A model generated the notes under the pieces. It saw nothing but the letters and a program-made list of their open reading frames with translations. It searched no databases and had not been told where the DNA came from. A stretch of DNA of 64,000 nucleotides from Promethearchaeota archaeon (lineage in GTDB: Archaea; Asgardarchaeota; Lokiarchaeia; Sigyniarchaeales; SOKP01): the NCBI GenBank assembly GCA_011364925.1, contig RDOA01000001.1, forward strand, positions 127,128-191,127. Reading direction: 5' to 3'. The translations under genes and the position numbers were made by a program. This document shows, in pieces, positions 1 through 10,763 of this stretch; the first letter of the stretch is position 1, and every line of letters begins with the position of its first letter.

Positions 1-683
1 TCAATTTGTTTTTTAATATTTTCAAACGCTTTCGCTTTCCGATACAGGTTAAGCATTTGTTTATGGGTTTTTACTTTTCTTTTAGACCACTTATTTAATT
101 TTGTATTTATAGTTTTAAGATTAACTTCAAGGATTTCAATAGTTCTCATAGTTTTAAAATAGATATTATTCTGTATTTCGTTATTTAAGTCTCCTTCGAG
201 TTTCTTTAAATGTCTAAGATTTATTTGTTTATCGCGATCTAAATTCTGAATTTCTTCAACAATATAACTTTCTTCGTCTAGATCTAAATTCTGTTCCTCA
301 ATTTCATTATTTAGATCATAAATTTTAAGTTCAATCTCTTCTAAAGAACTTTTAATATGGTGGATGGAAGATGTAAGCTCATCTTTGATTTTAGGTTTGT
401 TAACCTTTTTCTTCTCTTCATAAGCGTATTCTAACACTCTTTTAAATTCAATATCTTTACGTTTTAAATCTTTAATCTTTCTTTTATAATAACGGCGTCT
501 TTTATCGTAAAACTCTTTTGCTGCAAATAGTGCTTTCACGATTTCAGAATCAATATTTCGGAAGCTTCTAATGTAGTTTTCAAGTTCTTTATTAGCTAGA
601 TTTCTTTTTAAAGTAAAGTTAATTATATTTTTTTGCCAATTATAGAAGTAACGACTAAAATCATCGAATTTATGATCAGGCAT
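1..683 (-). CDS. Coiled-coil protein, partial (runs off the left edge); resembles archaeal COG1340-type coiled-coil proteins
   Basis: Absent from the ORF track because its stop lies outside the window. Manual translation from ATG 683 gives MPDHKFDDFSRYFYNWQKN...LDLDEESYIVEEIQNLDRD...KAKAFENIKKQIE, open to base 1 and K/E/L heptad-rich. Confidence 0.75.
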   Translation of the reverse strand, partial: MPDHKFDDFSRYFYNWQKNIINFTLKRNLANKELENYIRSFRNIDSEIVKALFAAKEFYDKRRRYYKRKIKDLKRKDIEFKRVLEYAYEEKKKVNKPKIKDELTSSIHHIKSSLEEIELKIYDLNNEIEEQNLDLDEESYIVEEIQNLDRDKQINLRHLKKLEGDLNNEIQNNIYFKTMRTIEILEVNLKTINTKLNKWSKRKVKTHKQMLNLYRKAKAFENIKKQI

Positions 684-797
684 TCATCCTAAAGTACAGA
701 TATAGTTAAATAATCCTTAATTATTAGATATAGTGTTTTTCTAATCATTAAAGGTTTACTTTACTAATTAAGAATAATTAGAAATGAATTAAAATAT

Positions 798-825
798 AAA
801 AAAAAGATGGCAAGAAAGCTTGCCA
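798..825 (-). terminator. Hairpin plus T-tract terminator of the 835..1641 gene
   Basis: TGGCAAG-aaag-CTTGCCA inverted repeat at 808-825, followed on the minus strand by a T-run, ~10 nt after the stop codon. Confidence 0.55.
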
Positions 826-834
826 AGCAAACAG

Positions 835-1641
835 TTATTCCAACTGTAAGTTTTTACTGGCGATGTTAACTATCGGGAGTTTAGGATTCTGGGACATAGC
901 TTTATGTGCCAGTATTACCATGAACTTTTGTGTGTCTAAATGACAACCTTCCCATTGTGAAGCAAAACAAACGTCAACCTCTTTACCTAGAGTGACATCT
1001 TGATTCATACCTTCTGGTAGATGGTTACTATCGAGACAAATTGGCTCGCATACGTAGAACGTGATTAAATATTCAACTGTGCAAGGACAGTCGTCTAAAA
1101 CTACTTCTTCAAAGTGAGCAAAAATAACACCCTCGAAGCATTCATCTCCTTTTAATTGGTTAAGGTAGATTGCTCCCCATTTGGGTGAATACCCGCCGGT
1201 GCTAACGACGGTCATATAATATGGAGCTAAGTATTCATTATCTATGCATAATGGAAGAGGACCTGATGGAAGATAAGTTCTACTTTCATCAATTTCTAAG
1301 GTTCCTGGAACGGTGTCAAAGCGACCCACAAAGCCACTTTCTGGTACTGACACGTCACCTCCTCCCATACTTGCTTCGTCCATAATTTCGCTGATTCCAC
1401 CTTCAGAATCCTGCGGATCTGAAGAAATCTGCGAAATTTTATCCTCAAAGGATTTTTCTGGAATATATGGCAAATCAAAAGTATCCTCTTGAGAGCCATC
1501 CAAAGCAATAATCAAAACTCCCAGCACAGATAACCCAAGGGAAACAGATAAGGTAATAATTAGAATCCCCATAACAGTATTAGAATAACTGCCATTGGTC
1601 TCTTTAAAGAGACATGGTTTAGTGCTTTGAAACATCACCAA
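835..1641 (-). CDS. Hypothetical membrane-anchored or secreted acidic protein
   Basis: 268-aa ORF with an N-terminal hydrophobic helix (GILIITLSVSLGLSVLGVLIIA) and an acidic, Cys-containing remainder; true start may be the downstream Met. Confidence 0.6.
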   Translation of the reverse strand: MVMFQSTKPCLFKETNGSYSNTVMGILIITLSVSLGLSVLGVLIIALDGSQEDTFDLPYIPEKSFEDKISQISSDPQDSEGGISEIMDEASMGGGDVSVPESGFVGRFDTVPGTLEIDESRTYLPSGPLPLCIDNEYLAPYYMTVVSTGGYSPKWGAIYLNQLKGDECFEGVIFAHFEEVVLDDCPCTVEYLITFYVCEPICLDSNHLPEGMNQDVTLGKEVDVCFASQWEGCHLDTQKFMVILAHKAMSQNPKLPIVNIASKNLQLE

Positions 1642-1742
1642 TTATTATTAGCACGTATCTAATATATAAATATTATGGTCTTAAAAAAACACACAAAACC
1701 AATCTGGGCCGTGTTTTTGCATAATTTTTCAGTTTTGTTATC

Positions 1743-2240
1743 TTAAAAAAAAAACCCTAATTCCGTTTTTGGCATTTTCTTTTTGGTGCAATATTCATCT
1801 AATAGCTGATTGCTAAACAAAAAACAGTAAAATACTTTTTGGATTAGTTTAAATAGGGACTTTTTTGAGATAAAGTTTTCTTTATCAGGGAAAATTTGCT
1901 CGTGTATCTCGATTATGTCTTCTTTATAATCAAACTTAAAATAAACTTCCTTAATAAGTAGGTATTTTCTTAAACCGTTTAAAAATTGAAGTTTCCTATT
2001 GTCTTTAAAAGAATCTAAAGTTCTAATCTTTTCTTTTGATATTTTAAATCTAATAGTGATAAAGATACCGTTCATATTCTTTGGTTTATAAACGCTCAAG
2101 TTTTCGATTTTTGATCCTGGTTGAAATGATATAACAAATCCAAAATCAAATTTTTCGCTAATAATCTTGTCTTTAAACACACCTTCCTCTAATAAATACC
2201 CATGTATTAGTTTCTCAATGGTAGCGTTCTTATTTGGCAT
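1743..2240 (-). CDS. DUF2299-like protein
   Basis: IHGYLLEEG...FDFGFVI pattern of archaeal DUF2299; ATG 2240 preferred over the TTG at 2330. Confidence 0.55.
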   Translation of the reverse strand: MPNKNATIEKLIHGYLLEEGVFKDKIISEKFDFGFVISFQPGSKIENLSVYKPKNMNGIFITIRFKISKEKIRTLDSFKDNRKLQFLNGLRKYLLIKEVYFKFDYKEDIIEIHEQIFPDKENFISKKSLFKLIQKVFYCFLFSNQLLDEYCTKKKMPKTELGFFF

Positions 2241-2483
2241 AGTAGAGACTTTAATCAAATAAATGGATATGTTTAAGAATATTTTTTTATCTTTATTAAT
2301 GTTTAGATAAATGATTTCTAAATATTTCAATAGTCCTTAAGTTTTTCATAAGTTGTTATCAGCTCATTCATCTTTTGTTATAACAAATTATATTATCTTT
2401 ATTCCAAAATAGGATGGATGATTTGATTAAGTTTAAAATAAACTATTGAATAAGTATTATATAGGTATTGAAGTCAATATTAT

Positions 2484-4475
2484 GTGATTAATATGCATTC
2501 GATTATGCAAATTGCTAATGGTATAGGTATCATTAATGTAGAAAGGCTGAGAAAGAATGGTATAGACTCGATAGAAAAACTCGCATCTTCAACTGTTGAG
2601 GATATCCTTAAAATTGATGGCATTGGAGTTAACAACGCCAGGATGTTCATCGAAATTGCAAAGAAGCACTTGAAGAGTATGAGGACGAGAGAGAGAATTC
2701 AAAGTATGATTAGACAAGAAAAACCTCCAGAAGTTTCAAAGGTAGAAACAAAAGCTTGTGATCTAATGCTTTTCGGTTCTAGTCGGCATAAAGTTTCTCT
2801 GGATTCAATAAAAAAGCTCGCCTCTGCTGATGAGGAAGATATCTCTCGATTGAAAGGAATTGAAATTTCGAATGCGAAACGTTATATTGACATTGCAAAA
2901 AAATATCTTGAGAGCATGCGAGTAAAAGAGCAAGAAGCAGATACCGTTGAGATTGAATTTGAACCACTTGAAGTAAAAAGCGAAATTAAAATTCCAAAAG
3001 ACTCAACAAAAGCATCAAAACTGGAAAAAGTATCTGTAAAGCAAAAATTTACTTTAAAAGACCAAGCGATTGCTCTTAAATCACCCACTTCAGTGAAACA
3101 GGCAACTCAAATAGCGTCAACAACCAGAGCTCGCAATGGAATTGATATAAAATCAGGTCAGAAAAAAGAACCAATCAGTCCATCAGTGCTCAAAACATTC
3201 TTCCCTCTAGAACAAATGCAGAGAATTCGCTTTCTGCACTACAAAATTAAAGGTTTAGAGGACGCTTTATGGAAGAATAGAGAATTTTCTTTTTCAGAGT
3301 TAAATTTTGTTCTGGAATATATTAAAATATTAAATATAAATTACAAAACTCAAAGCCAAATCAAAATTCTTAAAGAACTTGAAATCTCTAATACTTTTTA
3401 CGATCCTATAGACAAGAAAGAGATTAAAATATGGGATTTAATCTTTGAGTGTGCACGTGTGTTATGGGTTTCTGCACAGGCCTATTCTTATCTCTCCCGA
3501 AAATACGAAACAGAGAAAAAAATGGAGAACGCAATCGTTTCTATGGTAGAATGTAGCAAAATGTATAAAACTGCCGCATATTTTAGCGCTGCGTGCACTA
3601 GACAAGAAGAACGGGGATTAACATTGTCGGTCGAGAATCTAGAATTAAATTCTGAGGAAGCTCGAATCCTAGCTCAATCTCTTGCCACCACGAGCGAAGA
3701 AAATAAAGGAAATTACTCAATGGCGGCAAATCTATCAGCTGGTTTGAGTGCATTAACCAAACGCTTAGCTTTCGTTAAAAGAAGCGATATGATCATGGAA
3801 AATCAGTTTAAAGCTCAGTTTCAGTACGACATAGGACGAGCGTGCCACCTAAAAGCTAAATCTTACTTAATTTTAGCTCCTGAAGAACGGAACGAAGAAA
3901 CAATAGAAAATTTGCAGAAGAAAGCAAACTTTTATTATCACCAAGCTGAAGATTTATGGGAAAAAATGGTTGAAGGAACCTTAACTCCAGTTGAAAAAGA
4001 CTGCTTAAAAAACAACCTAGAAATTGTAAACGAATATATTATAGAAAATGACGTTGAAATGATTGATGAAAGCGAGGCGTTAACAATCCAAGATCCGGAA
4101 CCACTTATAATTGTTCCCGAAAATCTTGCGCCGTTCATTCCGAGAACGACTAATTACCTAACTAGATATAAACAAACAGATCTTAATTTCGACGCTTATT
4201 TACGTTATAAGAATTTAATGTCTGATGTCTTAGTAAATTTCAATAAAATAGAGGAATTGAAAAATAACAAAGCGGGCATCGGGCGAACTATAAAACAATT
4301 AAAAATTCTCTATGAGAATAACGATATAGACATTAATAGTTTTACTGAATTGTTTGAGAAATATTCTATAAAACTTGAGACTATAGAAGCTGCAATACAA
4401 AATTTAAGAGGCCCTGAAACAAAAAAACAAACCGATAAATTAAAAGCTCCACTTATAGGAAGTACGGCACGGTGA
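2484..4475 (+). CDS. Tandem helix-hairpin-helix domains fused to a BRO1-like helical domain
   Basis: Two HhH modules (GIDSIEKLAS..LKIDGIG; SLDSIKKLAS..RLKGIE); the C-terminal TFYDPI...LIFECARVLW..AQAYSYLS...LAQ...IENDV region resembles Bro1/Alix. Confidence 0.65.
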   Translation: MINMHSIMQIANGIGIINVERLRKNGIDSIEKLASSTVEDILKIDGIGVNNARMFIEIAKKHLKSMRTRERIQSMIRQEKPPEVSKVETKACDLMLFGSSRHKVSLDSIKKLASADEEDISRLKGIEISNAKRYIDIAKKYLESMRVKEQEADTVEIEFEPLEVKSEIKIPKDSTKASKLEKVSVKQKFTLKDQAIALKSPTSVKQATQIASTTRARNGIDIKSGQKKEPISPSVLKTFFPLEQMQRIRFLHYKIKGLEDALWKNREFSFSELNFVLEYIKILNINYKTQSQIKILKELEISNTFYDPIDKKEIKIWDLIFECARVLWVSAQAYSYLSRKYETEKKMENAIVSMVECSKMYKTAAYFSAACTRQEERGLTLSVENLELNSEEARILAQSLATTSEENKGNYSMAANLSAGLSALTKRLAFVKRSDMIMENQFKAQFQYDIGRACHLKAKSYLILAPEERNEETIENLQKKANFYYHQAEDLWEKMVEGTLTPVEKDCLKNNLEIVNEYIIENDVEMIDESEALTIQDPEPLIIVPENLAPFIPRTTNYLTRYKQTDLNFDAYLRYKNLMSDVLVNFNKIEELKNNKAGIGRTIKQLKILYENNDIDINSFTELFEKYSIKLETIEAAIQNLRGPETKKQTDKLKAPLIGSTAR

Positions 4476-4972
4476 TCTCTATATCGAAATTAATAAGATA
4501 TGTAAAAACCATCCTATTTTACCTCAGTATAGTAATTATACTAGGATTGTACGTAGTGAATCGAATACTAGGGTTAATTTTAGCTAGTTTTTTCTTTTTA
4601 GCTTATTTCGTAACTTATTTAGCTTCACTTTCTTCCAAACGAAGATTGCTAAAAATAATTAGGCAATACCCATTAATTAGCGATACAGAAATTTCTAATC
4701 TCCTATCACGCTCTTTAGACAACATTAGAAATACGTTATTCTCTTTAGCTAAAAATCAGAAAAATAGAAAATGGTTAATAGTGTTTCTGAATAATCGCTA
4801 TATCTTTCTGAACGAAAAAACTGTAGAAAATTATAAAGAACTTTATCGTATGGGATATAACGAAAAGAAAATTCTCGAACATTTACAAAGACATACAAGA
4901 ATCAGATCAAGAGCCGAAGTTAAAGCAATTGAACTCACACTTGCGAGTCAGAATAGGCTTGGCGATCATTAA
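4472..4972 (+). CDS. Membrane protein (2 TM) with a probable HTH-like cytoplasmic domain
   Basis: GTGA start/stop overlap with the upstream gene; two N-terminal TM helices; ISDTEISNLLSRSLDNIRNTL is HTH-like. Confidence 0.6.
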   Translation: MISISKLIRYVKTILFYLSIVIILGLYVVNRILGLILASFFFLAYFVTYLASLSSKRRLLKIIRQYPLISDTEISNLLSRSLDNIRNTLFSLAKNQKNRKWLIVFLNNRYIFLNEKTVENYKELYRMGYNEKKILEHLQRHTRIRSRAEVKAIELTLASQNRLGDH

Positions 4973-4978
4973 TTGGTG

Positions 4979-6103
4979 CTAATTTAAATCTCTGAATTTT
5001 TCTAATAATTTTCTCTGTTCTTCAGAAATATTTTTAGGAATTTCAATAGATACGACCACATATTGATCTCCCTTACCTTTCCCTCTAAGATATGCAGCAC
5101 CCCTATTTTTGATTCGAAATTCCGTCCCATGTTGGGTCCCTGGGGGTATCTTTAACTCTTTTTCAGTTAACTTTTCGTTTTTATAATCAAGCGTAGGAAC
5201 TTTGACTTCACCGCCTAATATTGCTGTGACAATATCAAGGTAAACTGGAGTAAATAGATCATTTCCCCGACGAATAAAATGTTCGTTTTCCTCAATTTTT
5301 ATACCTAAATAGAGGTCACCAGGAATAGCGCTACTTGATGGAACGTGTCCTGCGCCTTGAACTTTTAAATGAACTCCATTTTCTATACCAGGAGGAATAC
5401 TCACATGAATCGTCTTCTTTTCCGCGATTACTTTTCTACCGTCGCATGTGCGGCACTTTTTCTCAATAATCTTACCCGTAGCATTACAATTATAGCATTC
5501 AGATTCCCGGATTATTGTTCCAAATCCGGATTGAGTCATCTTTCTTATTCGCCCTGAACCTTCACATTGAGGACAAATTTTAATACTTGAGGGATCTTCA
5601 GCACCAGTTCCTTCGCAATCGTCGCAAGGAGTGTATCTTTGAATAACAACATCTTTTTTTGTACCAAACATCGCTTCTTCGAATGTTACCTCAATAAAAT
5701 CCTCGATATCCTGCCCTACTTCTCTGCGTGGAGCTGCCCTCGATCTTCCTCTTGAACCAAAGATACTACCAAATCCAAAGTCGTCTCCAAAATTCCCCCC
5801 TCCAAAAATCGATCTGATAAGTTCGTCAAAACCAGGAATTCCTCCTCTGAAAATATTGCTCATGTCGATATCTACACCGCTAAATCCATACCTATCGTAA
5901 TTGCTTCTCTTATTAGCATCGCTCAATACTTCGTAAGCTTCTTGAAGTTCAATGAACTTTTCCTTAGCTTTAGGATCGGTTTTATTTAAGTCTGGATGTA
6001 GTTTCCTTGCTAAGCGTCTATAGGCTAGTTTTATATCGTTTTCACTCGCATCCTTAGCTACTCCCAAAACTTCATAGTAATCTCGCTTTTTATTTGTGCT
6101 CAT
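4979..6103 (-). CDS. dnaJ: Chaperone DnaJ
   Basis: J domain ([11 protein letters not shown]), G/F-rich region, four CxxCxxxG-type Zn motifs, C-terminal GDLY/GDQY domains. Confidence 0.98.
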   Translation of the reverse strand: MSTNKKRDYYEVLGVAKDASENDIKLAYRRLARKLHPDLNKTDPKAKEKFIELQEAYEVLSDANKRSNYDRYGFSGVDIDMSNIFRGGIPGFDELIRSIFGGGNFGDDFGFGSIFGSRGRSRAAPRREVGQDIEDFIEVTFEEAMFGTKKDVVIQRYTPCDDCEGTGAEDPSSIKICPQCEGSGRIRKMTQSGFGTIIRESECYNCNATGKIIEKKCRTCDGRKVIAEKKTIHVSIPPGIENGVHLKVQGAGHVPSSSAIPGDLYLGIKIEENEHFIRRGNDLFTPVYLDIVTAILGGEVKVPTLDYKNEKLTEKELKIPPGTQHGTEFRIKNRGAAYLRGKGKGDQYVVVSIEIPKNISEEQRKLLEKFRDLN

Positions 6104-6297
6104 TATCCAAATGCCACATATTGATCTCTGATTAGTTAAAATTCAATTACCTAGAATTAATTATGAAATTTATCTTTTTAGGTAATAGGATATCTACAAA
6201 GAAATATATAAATTTCTTATAATTCATTTAAATAAAAAATGCATAATATAAGTAAAAGAAATAAAATGAGATGATTTCTCACAGGAATATAGATTGA

Positions 6298-8313
6298 TTA
6301 ATCTGATTCTTCCCAATCTACATCTACTACGTGTTTTTTATCCTTCTCTTTTTTATCCTTGTCTTTTTTGTATGATGCTCCGCCAGCACCAGTACCACCC
6401 ATATCTCCTGGTGGAACTCCACCCATCCCTCCTGGAGGAATGCCTCCCATCCCACTCGCTGCCTGTTGGGCTTGTTGAGCTGCTTGTTGATACACTTGAT
6501 CTTGTGATTGTTGTGCATAAATTCTTTGAGAGAAACTATGCATCGATTTCTGGAGATTTTCAACTCCCAATTTGATTCTCTGGAGGTCGTCTGTTTTAAT
6601 ATCTTCTTCAAGAGATTTAATAGCTGCCTCTATTGCGGTTTTCTCATCATCTTCAATCTTATCCTTATTTTCTTCCATTAATTTTTTAGTTTGATAGATC
6701 ATTGAATCAGCGTTGTTCTTAGCTTCAATTACTTCTCTGAGCTTCTTATCCTCTTCCTCAAATTGTTCAGCGTTTCTCACTTTTTCTTCGATTTCTTCGG
6801 GAGTTAAGCCTTTTGCGCCTGTAACTGTAATACCTGTTTCTTTACCTGTGCCCAAATCTTTAGCGGTGACGTGAACTATCCCGTCCGCGTCGATCGAGAA
6901 TTTAACTTCTATTTGTGGGACTCCCCTAAATGCAGGAGGTATGCCCGTGAGATGAAACATACCTAATGAGATGTTATCTTTAGCCATCGCTCTTTCTCCC
7001 TGTAGAACATTAATCGTGACTGCGGGTTGATTATCAGCAGCTGTGCTAAAAATCTGCTGTTTCTCAGTAGGTATAGTTGTATTTCTCTCTATTAGTTTAG
7101 TAAATACTCCTCCTAAAGTTTCAACGCCTAACGATAGCGGAGTAACATCTAATAATAATAAATCTTCAACGTCGCCTGCGATAATTCCTCCTTGAATCGC
7201 CGCTCCGATAGCAACGCATTCCATAGGATCGACAGAATGTTCCGGTTCTTTGCCAAAGAAGTCTTTAAATCTTTTCTGAACTGATGGCATTCGCGTTGGT
7301 CCACCAACCAGAATTATTTTATCTACGCTAGCGGCTGACATTTTCGCGTCAGATACAGCTCTTTTCATTATTGGATCAAGTCTTCTTAACGTTGGTTCAA
7401 TTAGCTGCTCCAATTTTGCACGAGTCAATTCTACTTCAATATGGACCGGATTTCCTTCTTTTTGAGTAATGTAAGGTAAGTTAATTTGAGTATTTAGAGT
7501 AGTGGATAATTCAATTTTAGCTTTCTCGGCAGCATCTTTAATTCTTATCATTGCTTTACTGTCTCCTTTAAGATCGATTCCTTCTTTCTTTTGGAAGTTT
7601 TCGGCTACCCAATCAATTATGGCGTTATCCATATCAGTTCCACCCAATTGCGTGTCCCCCGCAGTAGATAAAACTTCAACTACGCCTTCTCCATACTCCA
7701 TGATTGTTATATCGAACGTACCACCGCCTAAGTCCAGAACGCAGATCTTTAAGAGCTTACTCTTAGTATCCTTGTCTAAACCGTATGCCAAGCATGCCGC
7801 GGTCGGTTCGTTGATCATTCGAACTACTTCGAGCCCAGCGATTTCTCCAGCGTTCTTTGTCGCTGTTCTTTGTGCGTCATTAAAATAAGCAGGGACCGTT
7901 ATTACCGCTTTTTTAACTTCTTCGCCAAGATACGCACTTGCGTCGTTCTTAATTTTCTTGAGAATCATTGCAGAGATTTCTTCTGGAGAAAATTCTTTCC
8001 ACTCTGTTCCGACTTTTATTTTAGCCTTGTAGGATAACCCCATTTTACGTTTAATAGCCGTAACTGTCCCATCTGGATTGGAAACTGCTTGTCGTCGAGC
8101 AGGTTCTCCCACTATTTTTCTCCCATTCTCATCAAATGCTACATATGATGGGAATGCTTTACCTCCTAATGTTCGCCCTTCGGCAGCAGGAATAATCTCT
8201 GGTTGGCCAGTACCGCTCAAAACCGCACACGCGCTATTCGATGTTCCCAGGTCTATACCGATTATCTTTTCCTTTCTCTTTGATTTACTTTCTTCACTCA
8301 TTATGTAATTCAC
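6298..8313 (-). CDS. dnaK: Chaperone DnaK (Hsp70)
   Basis: [42 protein letters not shown]-terminal repeats; start may be ATG 8301. Confidence 0.99.
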   Translation of the reverse strand: MNYIMSEESKSKRKEKIIGIDLGTSNSACAVLSGTGQPEIIPAAEGRTLGGKAFPSYVAFDENGRKIVGEPARRQAVSNPDGTVTAIKRKMGLSYKAKIKVGTEWKEFSPEEISAMILKKIKNDASAYLGEEVKKAVITVPAYFNDAQRTATKNAGEIAGLEVVRMINEPTAACLAYGLDKDTKSKLLKICVLDLGGGTFDITIMEYGEGVVEVLSTAGDTQLGGTDMDNAIIDWVAENFQKKEGIDLKGDSKAMIRIKDAAEKAKIELSTTLNTQINLPYITQKEGNPVHIEVELTRAKLEQLIEPTLRRLDPIMKRAVSDAKMSAASVDKIILVGGPTRMPSVQKRFKDFFGKEPEHSVDPMECVAIGAAIQGGIIAGDVEDLLLLDVTPLSLGVETLGGVFTKLIERNTTIPTEKQQIFSTAADNQPAVTINVLQGERAMAKDNISLGMFHLTGIPPAFRGVPQIEVKFSIDADGIVHVTAKDLGTGKETGITVTGAKGLTPEEIEEKVRNAEQFEEEDKKLREVIEAKNNADSMIYQTKKLMEENKDKIEDDEKTAIEAAIKSLEEDIKTDDLQRIKLGVENLQKSMHSFSQRIYAQQSQDQVYQQAAQQAQQAASGMGGIPPGGMGGVPPGDMGGTGAGGASYKKDKDKKEKDKKHVVDVDWEESD

Positions 8314-8657
8314 TTCTTCAATGATTAATAGTAGAATTTGATTTAAATATCATATTTTTATTTTCTATTAATTTCAATGAGAGAAATAATTTTTGATATT
8401 TTTTTAATTTTATGACTAGGAGTTCATTCTATAACCATTTGAATTGAAAAAAATAATAATAAGAACCTTATTGATCCGTTTTAGCAATAGTATTTACCAC
8501 ATATACTCTTAAGATTTTATCCCTTTTTTTATAAAAACATAAAAAATGATAAAAATTTTATTTTATTCTAATTTACTTAATCATACCAGTTCTTTAAATT
8601 AAGCATTCTAATCAAAAAAATTGTTATCGATTCTTAAGATACCTATCGAGATAGAAT

Positions 8658-9497
8658 TTGTTCCTAAAAATGCCTCGAAAAAAAAAGGATAAAGATAAAA
8701 TGAGCGACGAATCAACTAAAAAGGAAGAAGCGCAATCACCTACTAAAGAAGTAACAAAGGTTAAGGACAAAGAAAATGGTGAATCCGCAGAAGAAAAAGA
8801 GGAACAAGAAACAAAACTTTTAGTAGGCAATGGACAGAAAGTTCTTGAATATCACGATCTTGACGAATTACTTACAGAATGTACAAAGCTTAAAGAGGAA
8901 AGCAAAAAAGACAAGGATCGTCTTACAGAACTTCAAAAAGAAGTTGAAATTTGGAAAGGTAAACACATGAGACTTCAAGCGGAATTTGAAAACGCCCAAA
9001 AACGGTGGAGCAAAAACCAACAGAACCTAAGAAAAGAAAACATCGCGTACACTTTGAAATCATTCCTACCATTATATGATTCCTTTAAAAAAGCGTTGGA
9101 TGGCGACGATAAAAACCAAGCTGTGTTAAAACAATTCTACGACCAATTCATGGGCATCCTAAGGTTTCATCAAGCTGAACCGATCAAGGTTAATGTAAAC
9201 GATCCTTTTGACTATTCCTTACACGAAGCGTTGAGCACTCTAGAGCGAGACGATCTTCCTAACAATTCGATTATAGAAATCATCCAAGACGGTTGGAAAA
9301 TTGATAAGGACGTACTTAGATTCGCGAAAGTAATTGTCTCTCGAGAGCCATCTCCCCCAAAACCCGAACCCGAACCTGAATCCAAGCCAGAACCAGAACT
9401 TGAAACAGAAGCAGAGGACAATGGCGCTCAAGATAATGGAGAAAGTAAAAAAGTGAAGATTGAAACAGAACATATAGAACCTGAAGAGAAATACTAA
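8658..9497 (+). CDS. grpE: Nucleotide exchange factor GrpE
   Basis: RLQAEFEN, FDYSLHEAL, QDGWKIDKDVLRFAKVIVS; long charged N-terminus and PE-rich tail; start probably ATG 8670 or 8700. Confidence 0.93.
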   Translation: MFLKMPRKKKDKDKMSDESTKKEEAQSPTKEVTKVKDKENGESAEEKEEQETKLLVGNGQKVLEYHDLDELLTECTKLKEESKKDKDRLTELQKEVEIWKGKHMRLQAEFENAQKRWSKNQQNLRKENIAYTLKSFLPLYDSFKKALDGDDKNQAVLKQFYDQFMGILRFHQAEPIKVNVNDPFDYSLHEALSTLERDDLPNNSIIEIIQDGWKIDKDVLRFAKVIVSREPSPPKPEPEPESKPEPELETEAEDNGAQDNGESKKVKIETEHIEPEEKY

Positions 9498-9677
9498 CAA
9501 TACTAGTATTTTAAAAATTTATTTTCTATTAGATCACGCCTTACTTACTTGCCCTATTTATAAATTCAAGATAAGTTGTTAGTTTACATTATGTTTTATA
9601 ATAAATACTTTTTATTACTTGAGTTTGGTTATGTACAATTAGTTTAACAAGTTTGTAATAAATTGGATAGATGAAAC

Positions 9678-10535
9678 ATGTCAATGATTCGAAAAGTAAA
9701 ATCAGTTCTAAAAAGTAGAAGAACGATGGAAGGAGCCGGTGTAAGGTTAAGACGAGCTTTTGGATACGCTGATCCTTCTTTAGATCCTTTTTTATTGTTG
9801 GACGATTTTCATTCAGGCGATCCTCACGATTATCTAGCAGGATTTCCGTGGCACCCACATCGGGGCATTGAAACCATTACATATATGCTTCATGGAAAAA
9901 TAGAACACGGTGACAGCATGGGCAATAAAGGCGTCATTGGATCGGGTGATGTTCAATGGATGACTGCGGGAAGTGGCATAATCCACCAAGAAATGCCGAA
10001 GAATAACCCGAACGATCCATTTCTGGCAGGCTTTCAATTATGGGCTAACCTTCCGGCATCTCATAAAATGATGGACCCTCGATATCGTGACATAACTAAC
10101 GAACAAATTCCAGAAGTTAGCATAAACGATAACATTAGAGTCAAAATAATCTGTGGTGAGATAAACGGAGTTAAAGGACCCGTCCAAGATATTGTAACTG
10201 ATCCGGAATATTTAGATGTGTATATTGGGCCAAATTCAGAATTCAAACACGCAATTGATAATACGCATAATGTTTTCGCCTATGTTATAGAAGGTGAAGC
10301 TTTTTTTGATCCAAGCAAAGAGAATATTGTTGACGAGGAGAACCTCGTCATTTTTAGAGAGGGTGGTGAAGTTATAGTAAATACTAAAGATAATTCTGTG
10401 AGGTTTCTATTAATCTCTGGAAAACCTATTGGAGAACCCGTAGCTTGGAGGGGGCCAATTGTCATGAATACGGAAGAAGAATTAAGAATCGCTTTTAGCG
10501 AATATAATAATGGTACGTTTATTAAGCATAGCTAA
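9678..10535 (+). CDS. Pirin family protein
   Basis: DPFLLLD, GFPWHPHRGIETITY, QWMTAGSGIIHQE, GPIVMNT. Confidence 0.96.
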   Translation: MSMIRKVKSVLKSRRTMEGAGVRLRRAFGYADPSLDPFLLLDDFHSGDPHDYLAGFPWHPHRGIETITYMLHGKIEHGDSMGNKGVIGSGDVQWMTAGSGIIHQEMPKNNPNDPFLAGFQLWANLPASHKMMDPRYRDITNEQIPEVSINDNIRVKIICGEINGVKGPVQDIVTDPEYLDVYIGPNSEFKHAIDNTHNVFAYVIEGEAFFDPSKENIVDEENLVIFREGGEVIVNTKDNSVRFLLISGKPIGEPVAWRGPIVMNTEEELRIAFSEYNNGTFIKHS

Positions 10536-10763
10536 TCATACCCCTAATTTTTATAATAATTAACCTCTTAATAAGAATTGAATTTGCAAACATTCACTTT
10601 TACTCAAGCACCAAGGAATTAGCAACTTTAAGATCTGAATATTAAAGCGATTAGCTCTTTTTTTTTAAATTCTATAGAATAAAATAGAGGTAATAATCAT
10701 ATAGTTGGTGGTAGATTATTGCAATATATTTAAATACTTTTCTAACAAGTATATAAGACATAG

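Noticed and set aside
1685-1718. Inverted repeat AAAAACAC...GTGTTTTT
   Set aside because: Short, mostly A/T, single occurrence; no function can be supported
6294-8308. Short ORFs overlapping dnaK, and similar 60-130 aa ORFs nested in other genes
   Set aside because: They overlap well-supported genes, mostly antisense or out of frame, and show no motifs
8314-8657. CIRCE/HrcA operator in the dnaK-grpE spacer
   Set aside because: Only a partial TTAGCA is present; the full TTAGCACTC-N9-GAGTGCTAA is absent
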